In this document: in pieces, positions 8,276 to 17,597 of the stretch
How the letters are laid out: every line of letters starts with the position of its first letter
How positions within the stretch are numbered: the stretch's first letter is position 1
Origin: Myxococcales bacterium
Lineage (GTDB): Bacteria > Myxococcota_A > UBA9042 > JABWCM01 > BTVJ01
Assembly: GCA_045863395.1 (NCBI GenBank)
Contig: BTVJ01000012.1
Coordinates: forward strand, 64,001-128,000
Length of the DNA: 64,000 bases
Direction: 5' to 3'
Notes under the pieces: model-generated
The model's input: only the letters and a program-made list of their open reading frames with translations
What the model was told of the DNA's origin: nothing
The model's database searches: none
Position numbers and translations under genes: made by a program

Positions 8276-9586
8276 ATGCAGGCGCCCAACCGGACCTTTG
8301 CCCTCGCGCTGGCGGGAGCGGCCGTGGGGTTCATCCTCCTGAACCACACCCACGCCGCTCAGCAGACCATCCACCACCGCTACACGCTGCCTCTGGCCGA
8401 GTCTCTGCTCAGCGGCAACGGGTACACGCTGCACGGCGAGCCGGCCTTCTACCCGATCTGGGGGTATCCGGCGCTCGTCGCCGTTGGAGTGGCCCTCGGG
8501 TCCGTCGACCTGTGGCTGCTGGTCGTCCAGGCAACGGCGGCCGTAGCGGGTGTGTTCGCGGCGCTGCGCCTGGCCCGCGTCGCGCCGCGCCTGTACCACA
8601 TCGCCCTCGCGCTGCCGTTCCTGGCCCTCCTGTCGGTGCGGTGGGCCGACGGGCTCGTCGCCACCGGGCTCGTCATGCACCTGGCGTCCCTCGCCGAGCA
8701 CCTGCGGACGGGCCGACGCGCTCCCCTGCTTGCCGCGGGTCTCGCCCTGGGCCTGGTCGGCAACCTGCGGACCGAGTACCTCTACCTGCCGCTCGCGGAG
8801 GTCGCGGCGGCCGCCCTGCCCCACCTGCGCGGGCTCCGCCGCCGGACCGTCACCGCAGTTGCCCTGAGCGGCGCCATGTCGCTCGCCCTGCTCCTGCCCT
8901 GGGCGCTGCGCGCAGCGGCCCACGGGGAGGGGCTGCGCTTCGACGCGACGAATGGCGGCTGCGTGCTGTACATCTCACTCGGCCAGCTCCCCGACAATCC
9001 GTGGGGCATCGAGCCCGCCGACATCGTCGCCGAGCGCCGCGCCAGGGCGCTCGGAGCGCCGGGCTTCGCGTCACCCGAGGGCGACCGCCTGCTGCGCCGC
9101 GAGTTCGCCCAGGCCGTCAGGGAGCACCCGGAGGCGTTCGCCCGGAAGGTGGCATACAACGTGTGGTCAGCGGTCACCGGCGGAACGTACGTCGGCGAGC
9201 TGCGGACGCTTGCGTCGTCGCCCGAGCGCGTCCAGGCTCTGACCCGGCTCGCCGCGAGCGAAGGCCGCGCCGCCGCGCTCGCCACGATGACCACGGCCGA
9301 GGCGGTGGCGGCGGGCGTGCAGTCGGTGCTGGCCCTCGCGTCAGCGGCGATCATCGTCGCCCTGCTGTTGCTCGGAGCCTGGGCGCTCGTCTCCGGCACC
9401 GCCCCCCCGCTGGCACCGGACGGCCCCGCCGTGGCCCTCTGCGCCGCCGTGGTGGCCTACAAGCTCGCCATCATGGGGGTGGCGCAGGCCAGCCCCCGCC
9501 ACATGAGCGCCGTGTACCTGCCGCTGCTCGCCGTCGGCCTCGCGGCGCTGCCGTGCCTCGTCGCGCGCCTGCGTGGCCGATCCTGA
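8276..9586 (+). CDS. Polytopic membrane protein, probable GT-C fold (ArnT/PMT-like) glycosyltransferase
   Basis: Y..LAESLL.G.GY, P.GYP.L, G.L.G..LR.E, LLPWALR and C-terminal PRH signature are typical of GT39/83-like proteins; about 10 TMs. Confidence 0.6.
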   Translation: MQAPNRTFALALAGAAVGFILLNHTHAAQQTIHHRYTLPLAESLLSGNGYTLHGEPAFYPIWGYPALVAVGVALGSVDLWLLVVQATAAVAGVFAALRLARVAPRLYHIALALPFLALLSVRWADGLVATGLVMHLASLAEHLRTGRRAPLLAAGLALGLVGNLRTEYLYLPLAEVAAAALPHLRGLRRRTVTAVALSGAMSLALLLPWALRAAAHGEGLRFDATNGGCVLYISLGQLPDNPWGIEPADIVAERRARALGAPGFASPEGDRLLRREFAQAVREHPEAFARKVAYNVWSAVTGGTYVGELRTLASSPERVQALTRLAASEGRAAALATMTTAEAVAAGVQSVLALASAAIIVALLLLGAWALVSGTAPPLAPDGPAVALCAAVVAYKLAIMGVAQASPRHMSAVYLPLLAVGLAALPCLVARLRGRS

Positions 9587-9647
9587 CGACGTGGAGGTGC
9601 CCCGTGGCAGGCGTCGAGGGATCCCCTGACGGCGCGTGGAGCGGCGG

Positions 9648-11084
9648 TCAGAGGGAGTGGCCCGGCGCCCACGTGACGTGGGAGGAGCCTGGGAGGTGGA
9701 CGCCGAGGTCGATGCGCGCGACTGGACCCGCCGCCAGATCGCGGGCGTCGAGGACGACCACCTCCGTCGTCCCGCGGGCCGCGTCCTCCACCCACGAGAG
9801 GACCCAGCCGTCGTCCTCCTCGTCGCCGCGGGGCGCGAAGACCGGCTGGGACACGAAGGCGCTGGTGCCGGCCTCCCACCGGGTCGCTGCGCCGGTCTCG
9901 ACATCGACCTTCAAGAGGGCCCCGAACCAGGGGAAGGCGTTGGGGTCCGGCGCGTCGCGGCCCGCGGCCGGCGCAGCCAGCCACACGTAGCGGTAGGGTC
10001 GTCCGAAGCGGTCCGGCCTCACCTCCGGCAGCTCGCCCGCCTCGCCCGACAGGGCCACGTGCTCGACGACCCTGGCCTGCTCCGGGTCCACGACGAGACG
10101 CAGGAGCCGCGGGGGCGGTGTGGTCCCACGCCGGCCCAAGGCCCCCACGCCGGACCCGAACTGGCCGAAGTCGGGCACGCCCGCGTAGCCGATGAGGTCC
10201 ACGATCACCCGGGCGCCGTCATCCCGAGCATTGAGCAGGTGGAAGGCGGCCAGGATCCCACCGGGGATTGGCACACGCGCGCTGCGCGCCCCATCGGGCC
10301 GCGACACCAGCACCAGGTCGGCGGTCCCGGCAGGTGGCCACGCGAAGCAGTCGAAGAGGGTCCGACCGCCCCACAGCGCCTGGCCGAACCGGAGCCGCGC
10401 GGCGGCCTGCGTGGCGACGTACCAGCGAGCGGTGAACGCCTGGTCGTGCACCACCGCCGCGGGGCTCGCGAGGGTGTGGGGCGCCGCCTCCGACACGACG
10501 CGGAATGCCTCGTCCGCCTCGAAGAAGGTGATGCGGTCCGGCTTGGCCCCACCGGGCTCGACGACCCAGCCGACCAGACGCCCACTCTCTGGATCGACGC
10601 GGGGCATGGGGCCAATCAGGCGTTCGCCCCGGTGCAGCCCCCCGAAGGCCTCGGGCCCCCGGGTCTCCAGCGTGCGGGGGTCGACCACATGGTGCCCCTT
10701 GTCGTTGCTGGCCACCACGCGCCCCCCATGGACGTAGACGTCATGGTTGCCGTTGTCGCCCTTGGGCAGCTTGAAGACGTTGGCCCAGCGGCTCGGGATG
10801 TTGGTGAACACGCGCCGGTGGAGGATGCGCCCGGCGGCCTCCTCAGCGACCAGCTCGGGCGTGCGGACGAAGCGGCTGCGAAAGCGTGCGCGACCGTCCT
10901 CGAAGCACAGCCCAGCCACCAGAGCGTGCCCGTCGAGGAAGTGCAGGCGATCCATGCCCGACTCGAAGCGCCCGGGCCCATTGCGGAGGAGGGTCCCACG
11001 GAGCGCTGCGGGGATCGTGCCCTCCAGGCGCGGGGCGTCCACCTGGTGCTCCTGTGTCTGGGAGCGAAACGGAACGTCAAACAT
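9648..11084 (-). CDS. Carotenoid cleavage oxygenase (RPE65/LSD) family protein
   Basis: G.IP..L.GTLLRNGPG, H.LDG, FRSRFVRT, HDQAFT, FHLLNA, ELP, SQPVFAPR...EDDGW, terminal His. Confidence 0.9.
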   Translation of the reverse strand: MFDVPFRSQTQEHQVDAPRLEGTIPAALRGTLLRNGPGRFESGMDRLHFLDGHALVAGLCFEDGRARFRSRFVRTPELVAEEAAGRILHRRVFTNIPSRWANVFKLPKGDNGNHDVYVHGGRVVASNDKGHHVVDPRTLETRGPEAFGGLHRGERLIGPMPRVDPESGRLVGWVVEPGGAKPDRITFFEADEAFRVVSEAAPHTLASPAAVVHDQAFTARWYVATQAAARLRFGQALWGGRTLFDCFAWPPAGTADLVLVSRPDGARSARVPIPGGILAAFHLLNARDDGARVIVDLIGYAGVPDFGQFGSGVGALGRRGTTPPPRLLRLVVDPEQARVVEHVALSGEAGELPEVRPDRFGRPYRYVWLAAPAAGRDAPDPNAFPWFGALLKVDVETGAATRWEAGTSAFVSQPVFAPRGDEEDDGWVLSWVEDAARGTTEVVVLDARDLAAGPVARIDLGVHLPGSSHVTWAPGHSL

Positions 11085-11105
11085 GAGCCACCCGTGAGGA
11101 GCGCG

Positions 11106-11726
11106 TCAGAAGGAGGACCCAGGCTGGGTCAGGAACTCCGCCTCCTCGGGGGTGGTATCTCGCGCCAGAACCCGGTTCCTGTGAGGGAAGCGCCCGAAGC
11201 GGGCGACGATGTCCCTGTGCTGGACTGCATACCCCAGGGAGTACTCCACGGTCGCCCGCGCCCCGTCATCCGCCTCGGCCAGCAGCGCCTGGAACAGCGC
11301 CACACACCGCTCCTGGTCGGCCAGCGCCTCGCTGTGCATGAAGGGCATGAAGAGGAACATGCGCTCGTGGGTGCGCAGCGCGCGGTCGAAGCCCCGCGCG
11401 AGGCCGTCCCGCGCCACGGCCAGCGCCGCCTCATCCGTGGCAAACATCCTTGGGGTGTCGCGAAACATGTTGCGGCTGAGCTGATCGAGCACGATCACGG
11501 CTGCCAGGCACCCGCGCGCAGACTCCTGCCAGCCGGCCCGCTCCCCAGCGACCACGGCCGCGTGCAGCGCGCCGAAGCGGTCGCGGAGCTCGGCGTCGAA
11601 CGCCGGATCCTTGGTGAACCAGCGCCGCGAGTGCTCCGCGTCGGCGAGGCCGGAGGCGTTCAGGTCACCGAACCAGAAGGCGAGGATCAGCTCGGGGTCG
11701 CTCGCTGCGGCGTCGGGGCGGCTCAT
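11106..11726 (-). CDS. DUF924 family protein
   Basis: ILAFWF, WF.KDP.FD, IVLDQLSRNMFR, F.FMPFMHSE, RFGRFPHRN..L.R.TTPEE..FL. Confidence 0.9.
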   Translation of the reverse strand: MSRPDAAASDPELILAFWFGDLNASGLADAEHSRRWFTKDPAFDAELRDRFGALHAAVVAGERAGWQESARGCLAAVIVLDQLSRNMFRDTPRMFATDEAALAVARDGLARGFDRALRTHERMFLFMPFMHSEALADQERCVALFQALLAEADDGARATVEYSLGYAVQHRDIVARFGRFPHRNRVLARDTTPEEAEFLTQPGSSF

Positions 11727-11936
11727 GGACTCCTCCGCGGTGTGGTGCGGGGCGGAGTGTCACACGGGCGGGCCCACGGGTCGCTGGGCGGTCACGCAAG
11801 CAGGCACGAACAATGGACAATCTCGGCGCGCCCCGCTCCCGTCCCGAGCGCCACGGGCGGCGCCATCACTCCCTGATTGACGGGCCGCGCCACGGGTGAT
11901 AGAGGGCGGCCAGGACTCGGCTCGAGGAGAGATCAT

Positions 11937-13235
11937 ATGAAGAGAGCACACCTGACCCTGGCGCTCGTCCTGCTCGCCGCGTGCGCGGACGAAGAGGCAG
12001 AGGAGGTCGCCCAGTCCGCCGACGAGCTGGGCATCGGCGGCATCGACGACCTGAAGAGCGACGGTGGCTGGGGCCCCGCCCTGGAGTGCAAGCCCATCCC
12101 GGCCCTGGACCCCCTGCCCAACCCGAAGCTGGTGATCTCCCTCGACGGCCTCACCGCCCACCTGACCGACGAGACCACGGGCTTCGACAAGGTCTACCCG
12201 ATCGGGCCCGGCTCCATCGAGAAGGGCGTCTCCCTGACCCCCACCTCAGAGAAGGCCCCCGGCGGCGTGTTCTACGCGCGCCTCGACCAGCCCTCCCTCG
12301 CGGACAACGCCAACGGCACCATGCCGTGGGCCTACAGCTACTCCTGCCGCCGGTGGTGGAAGGACCCGGACACGGGCAAGAACATCCCCGTGTTCGCGGG
12401 CATGCCGTTCATCCGCCTGGAGGGGGCCCCCACCCTCGCCTACGCGCTCCACGGGCCCATCGACTCCTACACGCTCCCGAGCGGCGGCAAGCTGCGCCGT
12501 GGCTACGTCTCCCACGGCTGCGTGCGCATGGAGTCCGCCGACATCGTCGAGCTCTACGCGCTCATGAAGGGGCGCAAGGTCCCGGTGAAGGTCCAGAAGG
12601 CGGTGGAGCGCATCGAGGGCGTCGCGGTGGACGTGCCCCAGCGGTGGCTCCTCAGCGAGTGCGCCACCGACACGGACTGCAACTACGCGGGCGGCCTCTG
12701 CAAGCAGAACCCCTACACGGGCCGCGGCTACTGCACGTCCTACTGCAACAAGTACTGTGGTTTCGACAAGTTCGGCTACCCGGTCTCCTTCTGCGTGACG
12801 GACCCCGAGGACGACACGAAGGGCATCTGCACGCTGAAGGCAGAGGCTCTCAACAACGGCTGCGCCCGCTATCCGGGCATCATGAAGCACACAGGCGAGC
12901 CGCGCTTCGGCCAAGGCTCGGTCAAGGCCGACGTGTGCCTCCCAGGGACGGCCGGCTGGATCGGTGACCCCTGCTTCACGAACCTGGACTGCGGCCTCTC
13001 GAAGGGGCTGTGCGAGCTGGCGGGGGCAACGGAGGGCAAGCCCGGCCGCTGCACCATCCCTTGCACCAAGTCCTGCCCGGACAAGCCGGGCTACCCCACG
13101 ACCTTCTGCGTGGCGGGCCCCGCGGGCACGGGCCAGTGCGTGTCCAAGTGCACGGCCGACTGCGGCGCGGGGACCTGCACCGCGAACGTGCCCCGCTTCA
13201 ACCAGCCGTCGGTGACCGCCAGCGTCTGCCTCTGA
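11937..13235 (+). CDS. L,D-transpeptidase (YkuD) lipoprotein with Cys-rich C-terminal repeats
   Basis: RBS GAGGAG; lipobox LLAAC; YALHG...GYVSHGCVRM catalytic motif; C-terminal half densely Cys-rich. Confidence 0.85.
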   Translation: MKRAHLTLALVLLAACADEEAEEVAQSADELGIGGIDDLKSDGGWGPALECKPIPALDPLPNPKLVISLDGLTAHLTDETTGFDKVYPIGPGSIEKGVSLTPTSEKAPGGVFYARLDQPSLADNANGTMPWAYSYSCRRWWKDPDTGKNIPVFAGMPFIRLEGAPTLAYALHGPIDSYTLPSGGKLRRGYVSHGCVRMESADIVELYALMKGRKVPVKVQKAVERIEGVAVDVPQRWLLSECATDTDCNYAGGLCKQNPYTGRGYCTSYCNKYCGFDKFGYPVSFCVTDPEDDTKGICTLKAEALNNGCARYPGIMKHTGEPRFGQGSVKADVCLPGTAGWIGDPCFTNLDCGLSKGLCELAGATEGKPGRCTIPCTKSCPDKPGYPTTFCVAGPAGTGQCVSKCTADCGAGTCTANVPRFNQPSVTASVCL

Positions 13236-13351
13236 CGCTTCCCCTTTTCGTCGCGTCGTCTATAATCGGGCGCCCTGGACCCGAGGGCCCCGCCGCACGA
13301 GCGGCGGGCACTCGAGCGCCAGGACCACCCCCGGCACAAGGAGCCCACCCC

Positions 13352-14329
13352 TTGGCAGAGATGAACATCATCCAGGCCGTCAACGACGCGCTGCGCGTGG
13401 CCATGCGCGCCGACGAGCGGGTCGTCGTGCTCGGCGAGGACGTGGGCCGCTTCGGCGGCGTGTTCCGCGCGACGCTCGGCCTGCAGGAGGAGTTCGGCGA
13501 GGACCGTGTCATCGACACGCCGCTGGCGGAGGCCGGCATCATCGGCAGCGCCATCGGCATGTCCATGAACGGCCTGCGCCCGGTGCCGGAGATCCAGTTC
13601 GCGGACTTCATCTTCCCTGCCTTCGATCAGATCGTGAACGAGCTCGCCAAGATGCGCTACCGCTCGGGCGGGGGCTTCACCTGCCCCGTCACGATTCGCA
13701 CGCCCTTCGGCGGGGGCATCCGGGGCGGCCACTACCACTCCCAGAGCCCCGAGGCCCTGTTCTGCCACACACCCGGCCTGAAGGTCGTGGTGCCGTCGAC
13801 GCCCTACGACGCCAAGGGGCTGCTGCTCGCGTCCATCCGCGACGAGGACCCGGTGATCTTCTTCGAGCCCAAGCGGGTCTACCGGGCTGCTCGGGGCGAG
13901 GTCCCGGAGGGGGCGGACTACGAGGTGCCCCTCGGCGTGGCCCGCGTGGCGGTCGAGGGAGACGACGTGACCATCCTGAGCTACGGCGCCATGGTCCACA
14001 CCTGCCTGGAGGCGGTGGAGGCCATCCGGGCCGCCGGGATCTCCCCGGAGATCATCGACCTGCGCAGCCTCGTGCCGCTGGACGTCGACGCCATCGAGGC
14101 GTCCGTCCGCAAGACCGGCCGCTGCGTCGTCGTCACGGAGGCACCCCGCACGTGCGGCTTCGCCAGCGAGCTGTCGGCGCTCGTCCAGGAGCGCTGCTTC
14201 CTGCACCTGGAGGCCCCCGTGCGCCGGGTGACGGGCTTCGACACTCCGTTCCCGTACTCGCTGGAGCACCAGTACCTCCCCGACCCCGCGCGCGTGGCGC
14301 TGGCCGTGGAGGAGACGCTCAACTACTGA
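13352..14329 (+). CDS. 2-oxoacid (likely branched-chain) dehydrogenase E1 beta subunit
   Basis: TTG start after AAGGAG (alternative ATG 13361); GEDVG..GGVFR, DTPLAE.GI, EIQFADF, GG.YHSQSPE. Confidence 0.92.
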   Translation: MAEMNIIQAVNDALRVAMRADERVVVLGEDVGRFGGVFRATLGLQEEFGEDRVIDTPLAEAGIIGSAIGMSMNGLRPVPEIQFADFIFPAFDQIVNELAKMRYRSGGGFTCPVTIRTPFGGGIRGGHYHSQSPEALFCHTPGLKVVVPSTPYDAKGLLLASIRDEDPVIFFEPKRVYRAARGEVPEGADYEVPLGVARVAVEGDDVTILSYGAMVHTCLEAVEAIRAAGISPEIIDLRSLVPLDVDAIEASVRKTGRCVVVTEAPRTCGFASELSALVQERCFLHLEAPVRRVTGFDTPFPYSLEHQYLPDPARVALAVEETLNY

Positions 14330-14378
14330 ACTGTCTGATCCTTCGCCGGCGCGACCGGCGTTCGGCCCTGGAGGCACC

Positions 14379-15734
14379 ATGGACTTCGAGTTCAAGCTAC
14401 CGGACATCGGCGAGGGCATCACCGAAGGCGAGATCGTCGCATGGCACGTCAAGGAGGGCGACCCCATCAAGGAGGACGACGCTCTGGTCGACGTGATGAC
14501 CGACAAGGCGACGGTCACCATCTCGTCGCCCAAGAGCGGGACCATCAAGCAGCGGCGCTTTGCCGAGGGAGCCATGGCGCCCGTCGGCGATGTGCTCGTG
14601 GTCATCGCGTTGGGCGGCGCCGAGGCCCCGAAGGTCGCGGCGCAGAGCCCTGCCCCGTCCCCTGCAGCGGCGCCGGCGGCTCGGGCGACGGCACCGGCGG
14701 CGCGGGAGCCCCAGGCTGCCCCGCCCGCGGCGCCGACGCGGAGCCCCGAGCCACAGGCGCCCCCCGCAGCAGCGAGGAGCGCCGCGCCAGCCGCAGCCCC
14801 GCCCGCTCCCGCCGCCCCGGCCCTCGACCAGCCCACGGCTCCGACCCTGGCGACCCCCGCCACCCGGCGCCTTGCCCGAGAGCTCAACGTGGACATCCAC
14901 GACGTGAACGGCACGGGCAAGGGCGGGCGCATCACCAAGGAGGACGTCCTCGCCTTCGCAGCCGCGCCGCGCAAGGCGCCCGCCCAGGCTGCCCCCGCGG
15001 GTGCCGCCTCCGTCCCGCCGGATCCCCAGGGCCGCGAGGAGCGCACCCCGCTCCGGGGGCTCCGCCGCCGCATCCACGCCAAGATGACCGTCGCCAAGCA
15101 CACGGCCGCCCACTTCCACTACGTGGACGAGGTGGACATGACAGCCCTTGTCGCCTTGCGTGACCGCACGAAGGCGCGGGCCGAGCGGAGCGGCGTCAAG
15201 CTGACCTTCCTGCCGTTCTTCGTGAAGGCGGCGGTGGCGGCCCTCAAGGAGCACCCCCTGGTCAACAGCGCCATGGACGACAGCACAGAAGAGATCGTGC
15301 TCCGCAAGTACTACGACATCGGCATCGCGGCGGCGACGGAGGCCGGCCTGGTCGTCCCGGTGGTCCACGACGCGGACCGCAAGAGCATCTATGACATCGC
15401 CCGCGACATCGACCGGCTGGCGGAGAAGGCCCGCGACGGCAAGCTGGACCGCGAGGACGTCACCGGCAGCACCTTCACCATCACGAGCCTCGGCAAGCTG
15501 GGCGGCATGTTCGCGACGCCCATCGTGAACCACCCGGAGGTCGCGATCCTCGGCATCCACAAGATCGAGAAGCGCCCGGTCGTGATCGGTGACCAGGTAG
15601 TCATCCGGGAGCGCATGTACCTCTCGTCGAGCTTCGACCACCGCGTCGTGGACGGACATGTGGGCGCCGCCTTCGTGCAGCGCGTCAAGGAGCTCCTGGA
15701 GGAGCCCGAGTCCCTGCTGCTGGAGATGGCGTGA
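14379..15734 (+). CDS. Dihydrolipoamide acyltransferase E2 (single lipoyl domain)
   Basis: LPDIGEGITEGEI, MTDKA lipoyl Lys, ATPATRRLARE binding domain, FDHRVVDG. Confidence 0.93.
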   Translation: MDFEFKLPDIGEGITEGEIVAWHVKEGDPIKEDDALVDVMTDKATVTISSPKSGTIKQRRFAEGAMAPVGDVLVVIALGGAEAPKVAAQSPAPSPAAAPAARATAPAAREPQAAPPAAPTRSPEPQAPPAAARSAAPAAAPPAPAAPALDQPTAPTLATPATRRLARELNVDIHDVNGTGKGGRITKEDVLAFAAAPRKAPAQAAPAGAASVPPDPQGREERTPLRGLRRRIHAKMTVAKHTAAHFHYVDEVDMTALVALRDRTKARAERSGVKLTFLPFFVKAAVAALKEHPLVNSAMDDSTEEIVLRKYYDIGIAAATEAGLVVPVVHDADRKSIYDIARDIDRLAEKARDGKLDREDVTGSTFTITSLGKLGGMFATPIVNHPEVAILGIHKIEKRPVVIGDQVVIRERMYLSSSFDHRVVDGHVGAAFVQRVKELLEEPESLLLEMA

Positions 15735-16876
15735 TGTCCAAGGTGGCGAAGACGGCGAAGGCGGCGAAGACGGCGCCCGAGGACCCGGCCCTCGGCCTCG
15801 CGCGCATCCTCGACGACGAGGGGCGCCTGGTCGGCACGCGCCCGGCCGGCCTCACGGACGCCGAGCTGCTCCGCATGTACCGCGCCATGCGCTTCCAGCG
15901 GCTGGTGGACGAGCGCATGCTCACGCTCCAGCGCCAGGGCCGCATCGGCTTCTACGGCGCCGCCACCGGCCAGGAGGCGGCGGTCATCGCCAGCGGCATC
16001 GTCTTCGAGCCCCGGGACTGGATCTTCCCGGCGCTCCGGGAGGGCGGCGTGGCCCTGCTGCGCGGTCACCCGTTCGATCAGTACGTGGCGCAGCTCTTCG
16101 GCAACCGCCACGACGCCGTCAAGGGCCGCCAGATGCCGTGCCACTACAGCGACGCGGCGGCCCACTACGTCTCCCTGTCGAGCCCCATCGCGACGCAGCT
16201 CCCCCAGGCGGTCGGCGCAGCCCACGCAGCGAAGCTGCGCAAGACGGGCGCCGTGGTCATCGGGTACATGGGCGACGGCGCGACCAGCGAGGGTGACTTC
16301 CACGTCGCCATGAACTTCGCGACGGTCTACACGCTGCCGGTCGTGCTGTTCTGCGCCAACAACCAGTGGGCGATCAGCGTGCCGTGGGACCGCCAGACCG
16401 CGTCGGAGACCATCGCCATCAAGGCGCGGGCCTACGGCATGGAGGGGGTCCGGGTGGATGGCAACGACGCCCTGGCCGTGTGGGAGGCCACGCGGCGCGC
16501 GGCGGACAAGGCGCGCAGGGGCGAGGGCCCCACCTTCATCGAGGCGCTCACGTACCGGGTCGGGGCGCACTCGACCAGCGACGACCCATCCCGCTACCGC
16601 GACGAGTCGATCACCGAGCAGTGGAAGAAGAGGGACCCCATCGCCCGCCTGCGCCGCTTCCTGATGGACAGCGACCTCTGGACCGACGCGGCGGAGGCCG
16701 CCTTCGTGGAGGAGCAGGAGGCGCTGATCCGCAGGACCGTGGAGGAGCAGGAGGCGCTCCCCGGCCCCGAAGTCCGCACCCTCTTCGACGACGTCTACGC
16801 GGAGCCGCTCCGCCCCCAGCGGGAGCAGCGGGCCGAGCTGCTGCGCTCCCTGGCAGCCATCGGGCCCCACCGCTGA
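15734..16876 (+). CDS. 2-oxoacid (likely branched-chain) dehydrogenase E1 alpha subunit
   Basis: LQRQGRIGFY, KGRQMPCHY, GDGATSEGDFH...NNQWAIS TPP motif, YRVGAHSTSDDP. Start overlaps the E2 stop. Confidence 0.92.
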   Translation: MSKVAKTAKAAKTAPEDPALGLARILDDEGRLVGTRPAGLTDAELLRMYRAMRFQRLVDERMLTLQRQGRIGFYGAATGQEAAVIASGIVFEPRDWIFPALREGGVALLRGHPFDQYVAQLFGNRHDAVKGRQMPCHYSDAAAHYVSLSSPIATQLPQAVGAAHAAKLRKTGAVVIGYMGDGATSEGDFHVAMNFATVYTLPVVLFCANNQWAISVPWDRQTASETIAIKARAYGMEGVRVDGNDALAVWEATRRAADKARRGEGPTFIEALTYRVGAHSTSDDPSRYRDESITEQWKKRDPIARLRRFLMDSDLWTDAAEAAFVEEQEALIRRTVEEQEALPGPEVRTLFDDVYAEPLRPQREQRAELLRSLAAIGPHR

Positions 16877-16990
16877 GGCCCGTCGCATCAGGGTCACCGG
16901 CGGGAACATTCCGAGTTGACACGTGGCTTGAACCCTACGATGCTCCGCCCGACGCTCGGGGCCCCGACGCCCCCGGAGGATGACACCGTG

Positions 16991-17530
16991 ATGACCGAAC
17001 GAAAGCTCCCCCTGACCGCCCTCGACACCCTGGAGCACGCGATCCAGACCGACCCCGGCTTCCCGGAGGACCTGCGCAACAACGTGTTCACCACGAAGCT
17101 GAGCACGCTGGTCAACTGGGCCCGCAAGTTCTCGTTGTTCCAGTACCCGTTCGTGACGGCGTGCTGCGGCATGGAGTACATGGCCGCCAACTGCGCCCAC
17201 TGGGACGTTGCCCGCTTCGGAGCCGAGGTGCCGCGCTTCTCGCCGCGCCAGAGCGACGTGCTGTGGATCGTGGGGACCATCACCCACAAGAACGCCCCCA
17301 TCCTGCGCCGCGTCTACGCCCAGATGTGCGAGCCGAAGTGGGTCATCGCCTTCGGGGTCTGCGCGAGCACGGGCGGCTTCTACGACAACTACGCGACGGT
17401 GCCGGGCGCCGACCACATCGTCCCGGTGGACGTCTACATCCCCGGCTGCCCTCCCCGCCCGGAGCAGGTGCTCGACGCGGTGCTCTACCTGCAAGAGAAG
17501 ATCGCGCGCCAGCCGGCCAACATCACGTAG
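16991..17530 (+). CDS. nuoB: NADH-quinone oxidoreductase subunit B
   Basis: TACCGMEY, RFSPRQSD, EPKWVIAFGVCASTGG, PVDVYIPGCPPRPE. Confidence 0.92.
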   Translation: MTERKLPLTALDTLEHAIQTDPGFPEDLRNNVFTTKLSTLVNWARKFSLFQYPFVTACCGMEYMAANCAHWDVARFGAEVPRFSPRQSDVLWIVGTITHKNAPILRRVYAQMCEPKWVIAFGVCASTGGFYDNYATVPGADHIVPVDVYIPGCPPRPEQVLDAVLYLQEKIARQPANIT

Positions 17531-17540
17531 ACGACAGCGG

Positions 17541-17569
17541 TTCCCAAGCGCCCGTGGACCGTGTATCCT
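17541..17569 (+). promoter_or_regulatory. Possible sigma70 promoter of the BMC-T gene
   Basis: TTCCCA-17 nt-TATCCT, then GGAGG RBS before ATG 17598. Confidence 0.4.
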
Positions 17570-17597
17570 CCGGGCTCGCGCCGCACGTGGAGGGCTC

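Noticed and set aside
16916..16941. TTGACA...TACGAT promoter before nuoB
   Set aside because: Spacer is only 14 nt, so it is not a canonical sigma70 pair.
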